Shown here: positions 37,647 to 47,699 of the stretch, one piece after another
How the letters are laid out: each line of letters begins with the position of its first letter
How positions within the stretch are numbered: the stretch's first letter is position 1
IMG/VR virus record: IMGVR_UViG_3300042673_001035
Location: 32,001 to 96,000 of that record
Length of the DNA stretch: 64,000 bases
Reading direction: 5' to 3' (one strand)
Source of the DNA: a virus
Notes under the pieces: model-generated
What the model was told of the DNA's origin: nothing
Database searches by the model: none
Seen by the model: only the letters and a program-made list of their open reading frames with translations
Made by a program: the position numbers and the translations under genes

Positions 37647-38138
37647 CTACAATAAATATTCCAAACCTTTAATATTCGGCCGTTTTAATTGTATGTCAGT
37701 TTCCGACTTTGTAGTTCCAATTTTACATTGTTTCTTATACCAATTATATAAATCCTCCAATGTACCTTTACCTCTACTTCGTTCCATTGCTTTATCCCAC
37801 AAATCTTTACCAAATTCCTTAGTAAGTTCACTTCGTAGTTTATACAATATCATATTCTCATCTCTATTTGCTTCAAATTCTAACTTCAAAGCTTTAACTC
37901 TTTTCATTTGAGATGCTTCCAATGCAGCCTGTATTCTATTTTGTTCGTCCGTTCCACCATAGTTTTTGTAAGCCTGTTCATATACTTTTTGTGATGTTGC
38001 TCTCATTTCTTTTGCTTCACCAAACATATATGAATAATCAAAATCACCATTACGAATTTTCAATAGTAAAGGTGCATCTGCTTTTAGTGGATTATGTGTT
38101 TTACCCTTTGTCCACCAACGAAATTTATTGTATGCCAT
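37647..38138 (-). CDS. Hypothetical phage protein
   Basis: 163-aa ORF. Confidence 0.6.
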   Translation of the reverse strand: MAYNKFRWWTKGKTHNPLKADAPLLLKIRNGDFDYSYMFGEAKEMRATSQKVYEQAYKNYGGTDEQNRIQAALEASQMKRVKALKLEFEANRDENMILYKLRSELTKEFGKDLWDKAMERSRGKGTLEDLYNWYKKQCKIGTTKSETDIQLKRPNIKGLEYLL

Positions 38139-38140
38139 AA

Positions 38141-39553
38141 TTAAAATGTTTTGAATATAGATAAATGTAAACTCCTTTCAAGTATTAAGAAAATATTTAC
38201 TCCATTTTTTTCATCCGTAAACGCTTTATAGGTATAATGTTTAATTTTACTATCATGTACATTTCCTATCCAACCTGTGTGGTATAATTTCAATTCATAT
38301 CTACCATTTATCAATTTATAATAATATGTATCGTTTCCTTTTTTGTGGCCAACACCACTTGCAGGGAATATTTCCATTATTCCGTCATTGTCCATATCTG
38401 CAAATGTATAAAAAATAAATCCAGTTTGCCAACTGCCAATCCAATCGAATTGTTCATATGTAAGTGGTTTTGTTAATTCACTATCCATATATTTATTACT
38501 CACATCATTACCATTCTCATCTACAATCATTAAATATGGTGTTGCAGGTATCGTATTGTCTGAATTTTCAGATATCCACATTGGTATTATGTATTCCATT
38601 TTTCCATCATTGTCCAAATCTTCTATATGAATTTTTTGTGGAGGGCCTGAATTAAGATACCTTGGTTTAAATTTTATTTTTGGTATTAGTTTATTGTTTT
38701 CAACTTTTAAAATAAAATAACTTTCACCAAAAATGTTTTCCGATATGAAAATCATACCTATATTTTTATCTGCATATTTTGGAGTTATAACATTTAAATT
38801 ATAGTTTATATTTTTGAAATTGTTATCTAAATATAGATTATTTCTAACAAAGGAATTACCGTTAAATTCAAAATAACATAGACAAGATTGTGAATATATT
38901 TCACTCATGCCATTTTTATTATTATCAAAAATTATTGATTCGGTTGAAGCACCATCATTTTGTATTGGTAAAATATATTTTGTAAAATTTTTATTTTTAT
39001 TATTCATAAATACAAAACTATTCATTCCACCTCTACCATTATTATTATAATAAGGTGGTTTTAAAAAGCTCTCGCCTTTCCAATATCCGGTCATTTGATA
39101 TATGTCTAAATACCCATCGTTGTTTATATCTGCAACCGATATATCACTATATCCACCCAAATATGAATACACCAAATTAGTATCTAATTCAAAATAAGTT
39201 TTATGGTTTATAAATACACCAACCACAACTCTACTAGAGTCATGTCTTTGAAATTGATATTTAGATTCCGTATTCGTTGCAAACATAACAACTAAATCTT
39301 TTTTACCATCACCATTGAAATCACCTTCACCCTTTCCATTATGTGTTTCAATCCAATATCCTGTAAATTGTTTTTTAAACCAATTACTATCAATAACAAA
39401 TCCAACTTTTGAGGGAGTTGGATTGGTTGTAGGTAGTATCGGTTTATTAATTAAATCAAAGTTTTCTTTTGTTTTCAATCTCCAAGTATCTGGAGCCACT
39501 TTCTCACATCCAAACAATATTATCACCACTATCAGTATCAATAACCTTTTCAT
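38141..39553 (-). CDS. Lipoprotein with FG-GAP/VCBS repeats
   Basis: Lipobox LFGC; repeats GDFNGDGKKDL, ADINNDGYLDI, EDLDNDGKME, ADMDNDGIME. Confidence 0.85.
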   Translation of the reverse strand: MKRLLILIVVIILFGCEKVAPDTWRLKTKENFDLINKPILPTTNPTPSKVGFVIDSNWFKKQFTGYWIETHNGKGEGDFNGDGKKDLVVMFATNTESKYQFQRHDSSRVVVGVFINHKTYFELDTNLVYSYLGGYSDISVADINNDGYLDIYQMTGYWKGESFLKPPYYNNNGRGGMNSFVFMNNKNKNFTKYILPIQNDGASTESIIFDNNKNGMSEIYSQSCLCYFEFNGNSFVRNNLYLDNNFKNINYNLNVITPKYADKNIGMIFISENIFGESYFILKVENNKLIPKIKFKPRYLNSGPPQKIHIEDLDNDGKMEYIIPMWISENSDNTIPATPYLMIVDENGNDVSNKYMDSELTKPLTYEQFDWIGSWQTGFIFYTFADMDNDGIMEIFPASGVGHKKGNDTYYYKLINGRYELKLYHTGWIGNVHDSKIKHYTYKAFTDEKNGVNIFLILERSLHLSIFKTF

Positions 39554-39710
39554 ATTCTTTTATTTTACTTTCTAAGAAATTAATTGCATCAGAATCACCC
39601 GACCAACTATCGTAGTTTCTAAATCGTTTATATAACATTTCCAAACCAAATTCATTATAGTATTTAGTCAATTCAGTTAAGTTCGGTATATAACAATTAT
39701 CAAATCCCAC
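39504..39710 (-). CDS. Hypothetical protein
   Basis: 68-aa ORF. Confidence 0.5.
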   Translation of the reverse strand: MGFDNCYIPNLTELTKYYNEFGLEMLYKRFRNYDSWSGDSDAINFLESKIKEYEKVIDTDSGDNIVWM

Positions 39711-40306
39711 TATTTTTTATCTTTTTTCTTTTTAGATTTCATTTTTTTCACTTCACTTTTATATCTTTCATTTGCAGCTTTTAAGTTTTCATTTGTTTCC
39801 CACTCATCACCTTCAAATAAATTGTCATCTTCTGGTATATCACCCCATTCAAAACCAACTCTATCTTCTGGAATTCTCATACCATAGTCATCAAATTCAG
39901 CTTCATCTTCATCGGTTGCTCTATAATGTAATCCTTCATTTCCGTTTTGTCCTATGATATCCATTCTCTTTTCATCAATATCCAATCCTCCAAAGAAATC
40001 ATTTTCTAATTCGTCTAGACTTTCATATCCCTCACTATCTTTTAAATAACGATGTCTCAAACCATTATAATCATCTTCAAACTTCCATGCTTCTAACTTT
40101 TCTTTTAAGTCCTCTGCATCGGTTTCATTATATTCATTTGCTCTATCTATTACCCAATTCTTAAATGAATTTTCGTGATATCCCATACCAATAATTAAAG
40201 TTTGGAATGCATCCATAACTTCATCTAAACTCAAATCACTATGGTCTATCTTTACTTTGATTTTTGTTCCGTAGGTTTCTGCTATAAACTTTGATGGTTT
40301 ATTCAT
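39710..40306 (-). CDS. Hypothetical acidic protein
   Basis: 198 aa; contains EKRMDIIGQNGNEGLHY, a short motif recurrent in phage proteins. Confidence 0.6.
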   Translation of the reverse strand: MNKPSKFIAETYGTKIKVKIDHSDLSLDEVMDAFQTLIIGMGYHENSFKNWVIDRANEYNETDAEDLKEKLEAWKFEDDYNGLRHRYLKDSEGYESLDELENDFFGGLDIDEKRMDIIGQNGNEGLHYRATDEDEAEFDDYGMRIPEDRVGFEWGDIPEDDNLFEGDEWETNENLKAANERYKSEVKKMKSKKKKDKK

Positions 40307-40607
40307 TGTTTTTTCTTTTTATTTTGTTTATTAAAATATCCTTACCCATTTTATCATGTTGGTCTGCAATTTCTTTTACTTTATTGTAGTCCAATTTCTG
40401 AAACATATCATCCGTTCCTTTGTCATTTTTAGATATCGCTTGGCCAATGTGAGCAAATCGTTTTGTTTGATAACTACTTAATGGTGCAATATGTTGTTTT
40501 AAGTGTAATGCTTTTGCATCCAAATATTCAAACAATTCATCATCACTCATTCGTTTTAATTCTTCATCAGTCTTGCTGAAAGTCATCATCATCTTTTTCC
40601 CATTCAT
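40299..40607 (-). CDS. Hypothetical protein
   Basis: 102-aa ORF. Confidence 0.55.
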   Translation of the reverse strand: MNGKKMMMTFSKTDEELKRMSDDELFEYLDAKALHLKQHIAPLSSYQTKRFAHIGQAISKNDKGTDDMFQKLDYNKVKEIADQHDKMGKDILINKIKRKNNE

Positions 40608-40914
40608 AATCTTTATTTGCTGAATACACTATTTCACCATCTTCATTTATACTCATATTAAGTGCACCCTTATCTACTAAATCTTCAATCGTTTTACCAA
40701 TTTCATTATTAGAAACACTTTGACAAACATCTAAAAATTCGTCATCAGTTAAAAACATATCATCTTCTTGTTCCCACTTTTGTTGCATTCTAATTTGTAA
40801 TGCTCTCTTTAGAGGTATTTGTTCTAAAAAAGGATTTTCTAAAAAGAAATCACTCTCTTCTAAAGCATCTATCATATGATTTGATGCTTCAATTATTTCA
40901 TTAAGAATGTCCAT
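40567..40914 (-). CDS. Hypothetical acidic protein
   Basis: 115-aa ORF; LVDKG.L...INEDGE..Y winged-helix-like end. Confidence 0.55.
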   Translation of the reverse strand: MDILNEIIEASNHMIDALEESDFFLENPFLEQIPLKRALQIRMQQKWEQEDDMFLTDDEFLDVCQSVSNNEIGKTIEDLVDKGALNMSINEDGEIVYSANKDYEWEKDDDDFQQD

Positions 40915-41158
40915 CTTGTTTTATTTGTTTAAAGTTTTCTGCCTCCTCGTCGGGTGTTGGTAAATAACTTGATTTATAATATTCATCATCATATTCCATA
41001 TCATCTGGAAATATAGAATGACTTTGTGCATTTTTCCATTGCCAATATTCCTCATTCATTTGTTCTTGAGCAATGTATTGTTCATATAAAAAATCTTCAT
41101 CACCACCAATAGAACCTGTCAATTGTTGTTTCATAAATTCTTCGTTTGTCTTACTCAT
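40901..41158 (-). CDS. Hypothetical acidic protein
   Basis: 85-aa ORF. Confidence 0.55.
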   Translation of the reverse strand: MSKTNEEFMKQQLTGSIGGDEDFLYEQYIAQEQMNEEYWQWKNAQSHSIFPDDMEYDDEYYKSSYLPTPDEEAENFKQIKQDGHS

Positions 41159-41174
41159 AATTATTTTCTTTTAG

Positions 41175-41205
41175 TAAATATACACCAATTATTTGTTATT
41201 TCAAA
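41175..41205 (-). promoter_or_regulatory. Bacteroidota-type promoter
   Basis: Minus strand TTTG-N19-TATATTTA. Confidence 0.5.
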
Positions 41206-41915
41206 ATTATTTTTTGGATAACTAAAACCGAATCCGATTTCCATGCAGTTTCAAACATACCATTCTTTTTAGTTGCATATGTATATTTTACTCTTGCAGT
41301 TATCGTCATTGTATCACCTCTCATTTCACTCACCGGTGCAATGTTTGTGTTTATCTCACCCGTTTCTCTATTAGAATAACACGACTTATTTATCGTAGGT
41401 ATCACATAGTCAGCTTGTGCAATTACATCAGGTAATTGTGAGGTTGTCCATTGACCATTGTATTGGTTTAAGTAATTCTTATATACTTTGAAAACCGTAC
41501 TACCGGCTTTTAATAACCAAAAGTGTGAACTTTCCCAATTTACTATTACGGGTTCTGGACTTGGTGGTAAACCATCTATCAATACTCTACCACTTATTCT
41601 ATGAATATTTTGTCCGTCTGGATTATATAAAGTAAAATACGGATAACCATTTTGGTCAATAGGTAATCTCGTATTTAATACCAAACTAATAACTGGTTTC
41701 TTTATCGGTGGTTCTACTTCTTTACTACAACCCATAAGTCCTGCAGCTATAAGTGCAAATAATATACACAATGCTAATAGAGCACTAAGTTTTAAATCTT
41801 TTTTATCACTTTCTTTACCTTGCATTTTATTTCTTTTTTCGTTTGTCATATCCAACTGGATAGTAAGATATTCCATCCAATTTAATATTAAGAACTTTGA
41901 ATCCATTGTCCTCAT
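41196..41915 (-). CDS. Putative lipoprotein
   Basis: Hydrophobic signal + LMGC lipobox; true start probably internal (MQGKE). Confidence 0.65.
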   Translation of the reverse strand: MRTMDSKFLILNWMEYLTIQLDMTNEKRNKMQGKESDKKDLKLSALLALCILFALIAAGLMGCSKEVEPPIKKPVISLVLNTRLPIDQNGYPYFTLYNPDGQNIHRISGRVLIDGLPPSPEPVIVNWESSHFWLLKAGSTVFKVYKNYLNQYNGQWTTSQLPDVIAQADYVIPTINKSCYSNRETGEINTNIAPVSEMRGDTMTITARVKYTYATKKNGMFETAWKSDSVLVIQKIILK

Positions 41916-42036
41916 CTTTCACTTCGATTGCTTTATCTGGGTTTTTATCCCATACCAATCCATCTAATACAATTCTATCATTGTCTAATTTTCTAAATTC
42001 ATTCATTTGTGTTTGTACTACTTTTGCCATGTTATT

Positions 42037-42630
42037 TTATTTTGTTTTAAGTTGTTTAATATGTTTACATTCATTTCCACCTGTGTATGTATAAGATGGA
42101 CAATCACATTCCCAATTACCATTATCTTCAGTTACATTGTATTGAACATTCGGGTCTTTTGAGGATTGGATTTTATACTTTTTAGTTTCCGATAATCCTT
42201 TATCTTTTAATTTTTGTTTAATCAAATCATCTACGGCATCATTGGTACTCCATTCCGCTCTATTCTTTCTAAACTCCGAAAAGAAATATTGGTCATCAAA
42301 TAATGCATCCAATACTTTTACCGATATGTCCTCACCTTCATTACTTGCTACATTGTAAAGATTTCGGTCAGCTTCTTTTACAAACTTACCTTCATCGGCG
42401 TAATCACCTGCAACAACAATGTTATCACCTGCCCAACTACCTACGATACCATTTGTACTATGTAAGTCTCCACCACCTCTACCATTTCCGTCAGCAAGTA
42501 ATATTGCTAAACCGGCCATTACACCACTAGCTGACATACTAAATTCCATTAACTTTGAACCATCACCAAATGTGTGAGGTGATATGTATTGTTTCTTTTT
42601 GATATTTACTATCTTGTAATATTGTCCCAT
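42037..42630 (-). CDS. SWIM zinc-finger protein
   Basis: C-terminal YNV...WECDCPSY...CKH; N-terminal MGQYY...GSWAGD phage domain. Confidence 0.8.
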   Translation of the reverse strand: MGQYYKIVNIKKKQYISPHTFGDGSKLMEFSMSASGVMAGLAILLADGNGRGGGDLHSTNGIVGSWAGDNIVVAGDYADEGKFVKEADRNLYNVASNEGEDISVKVLDALFDDQYFFSEFRKNRAEWSTNDAVDDLIKQKLKDKGLSETKKYKIQSSKDPNVQYNVTEDNGNWECDCPSYTYTGGNECKHIKQLKTK

Positions 42631-42633
42631 GTT

Positions 42634-43044
42634 TTATAATTTATATACTTTTACTTTTTTTAATTTTGTTTGTTTGTCGTTATGTCCAATCAATATATCA
42701 ATTCTATTTCTATATCGTTTGTTCATTACATCATGTACTCTATAAGTTCCGTTGTATTTTCCTGCACCTGTTATCCTAACCTTTTGTCCGAATTTATACT
42801 TTCGCTTCAGGTCTCTACTAACTGCAATTATTCTATGTTTCTTTGGGTTAGTAATTTTAAACCCACTTGCTGTAATATTTGGTGTCGAATCCGTTTCACT
42901 TTCACTTGCTTTGTATGTAGTTAGTGTTACAATTTCAGGTGTTATTGTTTCTATCATTTTGTTTACTCTAATTTCCTCTTTCTCCATTTCGTAAGGTAAA
43001 CATATCAATACCATTGAAAGTATTATATTGTAATTCATAATCAT
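42634..43044 (-). CDS. 3D domain (double-psi beta barrel) cell-wall-related protein
   Basis: TDSTPNITASG, IIAVSRDL, VHDVM, RIDIL. Confidence 0.85.
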   Translation of the reverse strand: MIMNYNIILSMVLICLPYEMEKEEIRVNKMIETITPEIVTLTTYKASESETDSTPNITASGFKITNPKKHRIIAVSRDLKRKYKFGQKVRITGAGKYNGTYRVHDVMNKRYRNRIDILIGHNDKQTKLKKVKVYKL

Positions 43045-43049
43045 AACTT

Positions 43050-43397
43050 TTAATTTTGGAATGTTCCATCTTTAATTTCATTTGAAATACATTTTGAAAT
43101 ATATTGAATAAATGTATCTTTTGTTTTCATCCACTTTGGGTGTATCAAATCATCTTGAAATATATAATTACCCGTTGTACCTTCACCTAATACACATTTT
43201 TTCATACTATAACAATCATGTTCCCATTTTAATTCAAATAGAATTGCATACTCACCTAATATTTGTCCGTTACAAAATACCCATACCCAACTACTTTCTT
43301 TTCTATTTTGTAAGGTATCTAAATCGGTATAAAACGAATTACCCATCATTTCAAAATCCACCGCATCTATTGTTTCAAAGTTTACTGGTCGTTTCAT
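43050..43397 (-). CDS. Hypothetical protein
   Basis: 115-aa ORF. Confidence 0.55.
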   Translation of the reverse strand: MKRPVNFETIDAVDFEMMGNSFYTDLDTLQNRKESSWVWVFCNGQILGEYAILFELKWEHDCYSMKKCVLGEGTTGNYIFQDDLIHPKWMKTKDTFIQYISKCISNEIKDGTFQN

Positions 43398-43403
43398 ATT
43401 ATT

Positions 43404-43715
43404 TTATTTACTATTTACATAATCGGTTTGCATTTGTTTTATTCTCATTATTTGTTTACAAAATAACTTCAAATCTTTAATGTGTTCCATTGGTAAATCC
43501 AATTCTCTTGTTGAACAATGTAATTTATACCATACACCATTGGGATTTTTATCCAATTCAAAATGCCAACCTCCATCACCTATTGTAAATCTAAAATGAT
43601 ATTGATTTGTATCATCCTCAATTGAAACTTTAGATATACTTCCACCTAATTGGTTTTCCATCAAAATTCCAAATTTATGTATTGATTGTTCGTTTATATC
43701 TAATTTTAATCTCAT
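43404..43715 (-). CDS. Hypothetical protein, possible diverged MLTIKN-family member
   Basis: ISKVSIE...YHF...FELDK...YKL...IKDLKLF pattern. Confidence 0.55.
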   Translation of the reverse strand: MRLKLDINEQSIHKFGILMENQLGGSISKVSIEDDTNQYHFRFTIGDGGWHFELDKNPNGVWYKLHCSTRELDLPMEHIKDLKLFCKQIMRIKQMQTDYVNSK

Positions 43716-43718
43716 AAC

Positions 43719-44078
43719 TTATAATTTTCTTTTATGTCTTTCTTCAAATTTATCTTCTACTAATTGTGCAGCTTTGGTATATCCCTTATCTTTTAGTAAT
43801 ATGATTGCAAACATATCAGCTGCAATTTCATCATCATCATTTCTATCCTTTGTATGTTTCAACATTATGTGTGCTAACTCATGTGCTTCAACCCACCTTA
43901 ATTCATCTTTGGTTAACTTCACTTCACCATCTATGAATACACAACCCGAACTTGTCTCAGCAAAACCAAAACCACATTGTTCAAATAGTGGTTTCATCAC
44001 TTCATATCGGTAGTCATCTTTGGTTAGTATTGCAACTGCAACATCACTTTTGAACTCACTAAAATATGTCTTACTCAT
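43719..44078 (-). CDS. ImmA/IrrE-like metallopeptidase
   Basis: AHELAHIML and EIAADMFA. Confidence 0.8.
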   Translation of the reverse strand: MSKTYFSEFKSDVAVAILTKDDYRYEVMKPLFEQCGFGFAETSSGCVFIDGEVKLTKDELRWVEAHELAHIMLKHTKDRNDDDEIAADMFAIILLKDKGYTKAAQLVEDKFEERHKRKL

Positions 44079-44081
44079 AAC

Positions 44082-44252
44082 TTATATATTTTGATTTAGT
44101 AGGTGATAATTAATCCATTCAAATTTATCAGAATGTTCAAATGAAAAATTTGCACTCCATACTTTAATTCCCATATCATATTCAGTAAATGGGCCAAAGT
44201 ATTCTACACTTCTATCATTCCATTTTACTTCTGCAATCCAAATTTGTTTCAT
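44082..44252 (-). CDS. Small hypothetical protein (56 aa)
   Basis: Below track cutoff; MKQIWIAEVKW...NQNI* fills the gap. Confidence 0.5.
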   Translation of the reverse strand: MKQIWIAEVKWNDRSVEYFGPFTEYDMGIKVWSANFSFEHSDKFEWINYHLLNQNI

Positions 44253-44262
44253 AACTTTGTTT

Positions 44263-44637
44263 TTAATATACTATGTGTATTGGTTCTTTAATTTTTACAT
44301 TACCACCATTATAGTCACCCCATCCCTGGTCGGGGTCTCCTTCACTTTGTTCAGTTGGTATCGTATCCCTAAAATACTTTTCTAATACTACTGCGATACC
44401 ATCACCTACATTATCATTAAACATCATATCACATACATCACTCCAATGCATTTTCCATTCAAACGAATCCTCACATATTCTATCTTTGAATACTCTACCA
44501 TAAGAGTCGTAATGACCTCTCATCTCCTCTATAACCTCACCATTTTTTAATAGATACAATCTTACCGCATCACCACTAAAAGAGTCTGATGCAACTGGCA
44601 ATCCACTCTCTTTACATATAAAACTAAAACATCCCAT
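44263..44637 (-). CDS. Hypothetical phage protein
   Basis: MGCFSF...YDSYGRV...DPDQGWG pattern. Confidence 0.6.
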   Translation of the reverse strand: MGCFSFICKESGLPVASDSFSGDAVRLYLLKNGEVIEEMRGHYDSYGRVFKDRICEDSFEWKMHWSDVCDMMFNDNVGDGIAVVLEKYFRDTIPTEQSEGDPDQGWGDYNGGNVKIKEPIHIVY

Positions 44638-44640
44638 AAC

Positions 44641-44979
44641 TTATTTATTTTTTATTTCTTTAATGTGTTTACAATCTCTACCTCTACCAAATCCATGTGC
44701 AGGACAACTACAACTCCAAAATCCCTCATCATTTACTACCTTATATACATTGTCTTTACTTCCTTTGACTTTGTATTCAATTTTCACTTCGGTCTTTTTG
44801 AACTCTTTTGGTTTTATGTAGTCAATTTTATCCCACATCTTTTCCAATTCGTTCCAACTATACCATCTATTTACTTCTATCCACCCACTACTTTCTTTAC
44901 CACCCGTACATACGATATATGTCTTACCTGATAATGTTGATTCAAAACAAATGGGTGGTAATGTTGATTTAATTCTCAT
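44641..44979 (-). CDS. SWIM zinc-finger protein
   Basis: VKGSKDNVYKV...WSCSCP...CKH. Confidence 0.8.
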   Translation of the reverse strand: MRIKSTLPPICFESTLSGKTYIVCTGGKESSGWIEVNRWYSWNELEKMWDKIDYIKPKEFKKTEVKIEYKVKGSKDNVYKVVNDEGFWSCSCPAHGFGRGRDCKHIKEIKNK

Positions 44980-44980
44980 A

Positions 44981-45289
44981 CTATAATAATTTTGGTTTCC
45001 AATCGTCAGTCATTAATTTAAGTTTGTCCATTAGACTATTTATATTCACTATGTCCTCATGCTTTATCCAATAGGGATATCTTACACACATTGCTTCATT
45101 ACTCCATTTTCCAATTTTGTAATAACCATTTTCTACCGGCCTTCTTTCTAAAATAATAAAATGTCTCATATGTTCTCTCCATACATTAATTCTATATTCA
45201 TTCCTATTTTCATCAATGTCCTCAATGTAGTTTTTATCATCCCATTCTTTACGGAATAGTTTTTCATAATTCTTTATAGTCAATTTCAT
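44981..45289 (-). CDS. MLTIKN-family paralog
   Basis: MKLTIKNYEKL...IEDIDE...YRI...IILER...YKI. Confidence 0.7.
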   Translation of the reverse strand: MKLTIKNYEKLFRKEWDDKNYIEDIDENRNEYRINVWREHMRHFIILERRPVENGYYKIGKWSNEAMCVRYPYWIKHEDIVNINSLMDKLKLMTDDWKPKLL

Positions 45290-45299
45290 AACTTATATT

Positions 45300-45677
45300 T
45301 TACCACCAACTTGTATAATAAACTGTCTTACCTTCTTTGATTGCTTCTCTCGCTTTACTAACGAACTCTAAATCGTAATCATTTTCTTCATCATTGTTAG
45401 AACTTTCACCAAAAAAGAAACCCGATGTATCGGGTAAATTACCATCCTTAATATCTTGTTCTAAATTGTCTAAGTCTTCACTATCTAATACAACACAATC
45501 ACCATTAAAGTCGTCTGATGTTCCACCCTTTGCGTCATATAAGTTCTGCATCCAACCATGTAAGTTAGGGTGCTTTCTCCAATAGTGTAATTCATCTTGT
45601 TCAAAGTTCTTCGTTGAAAAGTCTACATCCGTTTCCGGTTTTGCTTTTGTAGCTAAAGCGTACATATCTAATCCCAT
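45300..45677 (-). CDS. Conserved phage protein of unknown function
   Basis: MGLDMY...YWRKHPNLHGWM...GFFFG...YYTSWW, a widespread phage family. Confidence 0.75.
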   Translation of the reverse strand: MGLDMYALATKAKPETDVDFSTKNFEQDELHYWRKHPNLHGWMQNLYDAKGGTSDDFNGDCVVLDSEDLDNLEQDIKDGNLPDTSGFFFGESSNNDEENDYDLEFVSKAREAIKEGKTVYYTSWW

Positions 45678-45678
45678 C

Positions 45679-45942
45679 TTAATTTAAGTTTATATTGTTT
45701 GTTAATACTTCGTTTAATATTCTATCTCCGTTTAATTGTCTAACGATACTTTGCATCTCATTGTCCATTGCTGTTGATAACTGAATTAGTTCATCATTCA
45801 AAAACGGACTACCTTCCTCACCAATCAAATGTTGAAATGTTGATATCGTTGCTTGTTTAGTTGCTTGCGGTGTGTGTTCACTTTTAACTATTGAACATAA
45901 TACACCGAATAATTGTGCTATTGCTTTTTCACTATTTGTCAT
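45679..45942 (-). CDS. Hypothetical protein
   Basis: Start moved to MTNSEK to remove overlap. Confidence 0.55.
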   Translation of the reverse strand: MTNSEKAIAQLFGVLCSIVKSEHTPQATKQATISTFQHLIGEEGSPFLNDELIQLSTAMDNEMQSIVRQLNGDRILNEVLTNNINLN

Positions 45943-45952
45943 TTGTTTTAAT

Positions 45953-46684
45953 TTATATGTTACTAACTTTATATTTTCCATCGGTATCTTTATACAAATA
46001 CCTACCACATCTTCTACCAATTGCATTACGCATATCAATCAAAGAATGTAAATGATGTATGAAACTTCCACCTTTTTGGATAGTTGCATTACCTCTCATT
46101 ACAATATCATAATGACTTTTCAATTGTGAAAATGATACTTTATTACATAGGTAAGTGTAGTCTAATAACTCTTGTGCTATATAACCCCAATCACCTTTTT
46201 GTAATTTGTAAGTCTTATTCATATACTTTCGTTTCATTTCCTTTCTTTGAAACTTTGGGTCTTTCATTTGAGTTTGATATTGTAATTCCTTAATTGCCAT
46301 TAAAGGAGAACTCGGACGAGATTGTTCGGTATGTTTAACACCATCTGCTAAACTATAACCCATACTACCCAATGTCCTAGCAATCATTACATTGGTATCA
46401 TTCAATTGTAAGTTCTTTCGTTCCATACCTTGCTTTTTCCATATCCTCATACGATTTGGATTAGCAGCGTGTAAGTAAATGTCAATGTATTGTGCTACTC
46501 TCCACGGCACATCATTTTGTTTACTTCTACCCCAACCTTTCACTACGGATTTTCTATCACTATGACGACCTCTCAATGTAACCCAACCAAATATTTGTTC
46601 TAATACTTTTTTCACTTCTAACACTTGCTCCTCATTCTTCATTGGAATAGTTGCAATGTAGTTTGATGTTCTATTTGCTGCCAT
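45953..46684 (-). CDS. Hypothetical protein
   Basis: 243-aa ORF. Confidence 0.6.
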   Translation of the reverse strand: MAANRTSNYIATIPMKNEEQVLEVKKVLEQIFGWVTLRGRHSDRKSVVKGWGRSKQNDVPWRVAQYIDIYLHAANPNRMRIWKKQGMERKNLQLNDTNVMIARTLGSMGYSLADGVKHTEQSRPSSPLMAIKELQYQTQMKDPKFQRKEMKRKYMNKTYKLQKGDWGYIAQELLDYTYLCNKVSFSQLKSHYDIVMRGNATIQKGGSFIHHLHSLIDMRNAIGRRCGRYLYKDTDGKYKVSNI

Positions 46685-46856
46685 ATTATTTTATTTTTTT
46701 ATCGTATTGTTTTGTAATTGTGATTGATTTTAATTCAGTATTATTACTTGCTATGTTCATAATAGTTGAATAACTCAATCCCTTAATTGTAATTGTGTCA
46801 CCTGATTGAGATACTATTTCAATGTCGTGCATCGTTTTGTAATTCATATAATTGTA

Positions 46857-47204
46857 TTAAAGATATTCAGGTCCGTATATACCATAACGAGCAGTTCCGT
46901 CAATGATATTTCCTCTCGCATGTTTTGCTGGTGCTTTCCACGTTGCACATTTTAATAAATCACCTTTCTTAATTGGTGAACCTTTTAAGTCTCCATCAAC
47001 TCTACTAATGAAACCCCAACAAGTAGTACCCACCCATAAACGAATATACTTTTGTCCAACCTCAACCGTTAACTCTTTCCATTGATTAACCATATCTGCT
47101 TTCACATAGTGGTCTTTTCTTTGGATGTTTAGTTTGTTTATAAAGTTTGCTACAATAGGATTACCTTTAAGATACTCCATTGCTTTTTTATCAGTCGTTC
47201 TCAT
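46857..47204 (-). CDS. Conserved phage protein of unknown function
   Basis: GQKYIRL...GDLLKCATWKAPAKHARGNI, a motif common in large phages. Confidence 0.75.
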   Translation of the reverse strand: MRTTDKKAMEYLKGNPIVANFINKLNIQRKDHYVKADMVNQWKELTVEVGQKYIRLWVGTTCWGFISRVDGDLKGSPIKKGDLLKCATWKAPAKHARGNIIDGTARYGIYGPEYL

Positions 47205-47212
47205 AATATTAT

Positions 47213-47428
47213 TTAATCTATGTTATCTAATCTATTAACTTCATCATACAGAGCAGTTTGAATTTTATGTAACAACTGAACTGACTTACTTAATTCTCTA
47301 TCAAAATAGTTTTCCAATTCAGGTGTAGTTCGTTTAGCTATTTCAACTAACTCTTTATGAGACTCTACTCCTTTATTAACCACATAATAAAGGTCATTCA
47401 ATTCCATTAAACTTAATTCCAAATTCAT
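47213..47428 (-). CDS. Hypothetical protein
   Basis: 71-aa ORF. Confidence 0.55.
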   Translation of the reverse strand: MNLELSLMELNDLYYVVNKGVESHKELVEIAKRTTPELENYFDRELSKSVQLLHKIQTALYDEVNRLDNID

Positions 47429-47434
47429 ATTATA

Positions 47435-47698
47435 TTATTTATAGTTTCCTTTAATTCCTTTACTAACTCCATACCCTTGTCTTTGTGATAGTGTGTATAA
47501 TCTATCAGCATCTTCTTTAGGCATAATTTGTATTTCGTTACCCGTCTTATGATTTGCAATTGCAACACCACCAACTTTTTGAATAGTGGAACAATCAACA
47601 CAACTTTTGTAACCATACTTCACTACTCGCAAAAGTGGCATCTTACCACCACACTTAATACATTGTGTCATTTCTAATTTTACTTTCACTCCTTTCAT
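47435..47698 (-). CDS. DksA/TraR-like C4 zinc-finger protein
   Basis: CIKC...PLLR...CVDCS. Confidence 0.65.
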   Translation of the reverse strand: MKGVKVKLEMTQCIKCGGKMPLLRVVKYGYKSCVDCSTIQKVGGVAIANHKTGNEIQIMPKEDADRLYTLSQRQGYGVSKGIKGNYK

Positions 47699-47699
47699 A

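Noticed and set aside
45300-45677. Phosphoglycerate kinase label often attached to this family
   Set aside because: Only 125 aa with no PGK motifs; treated as unknown function
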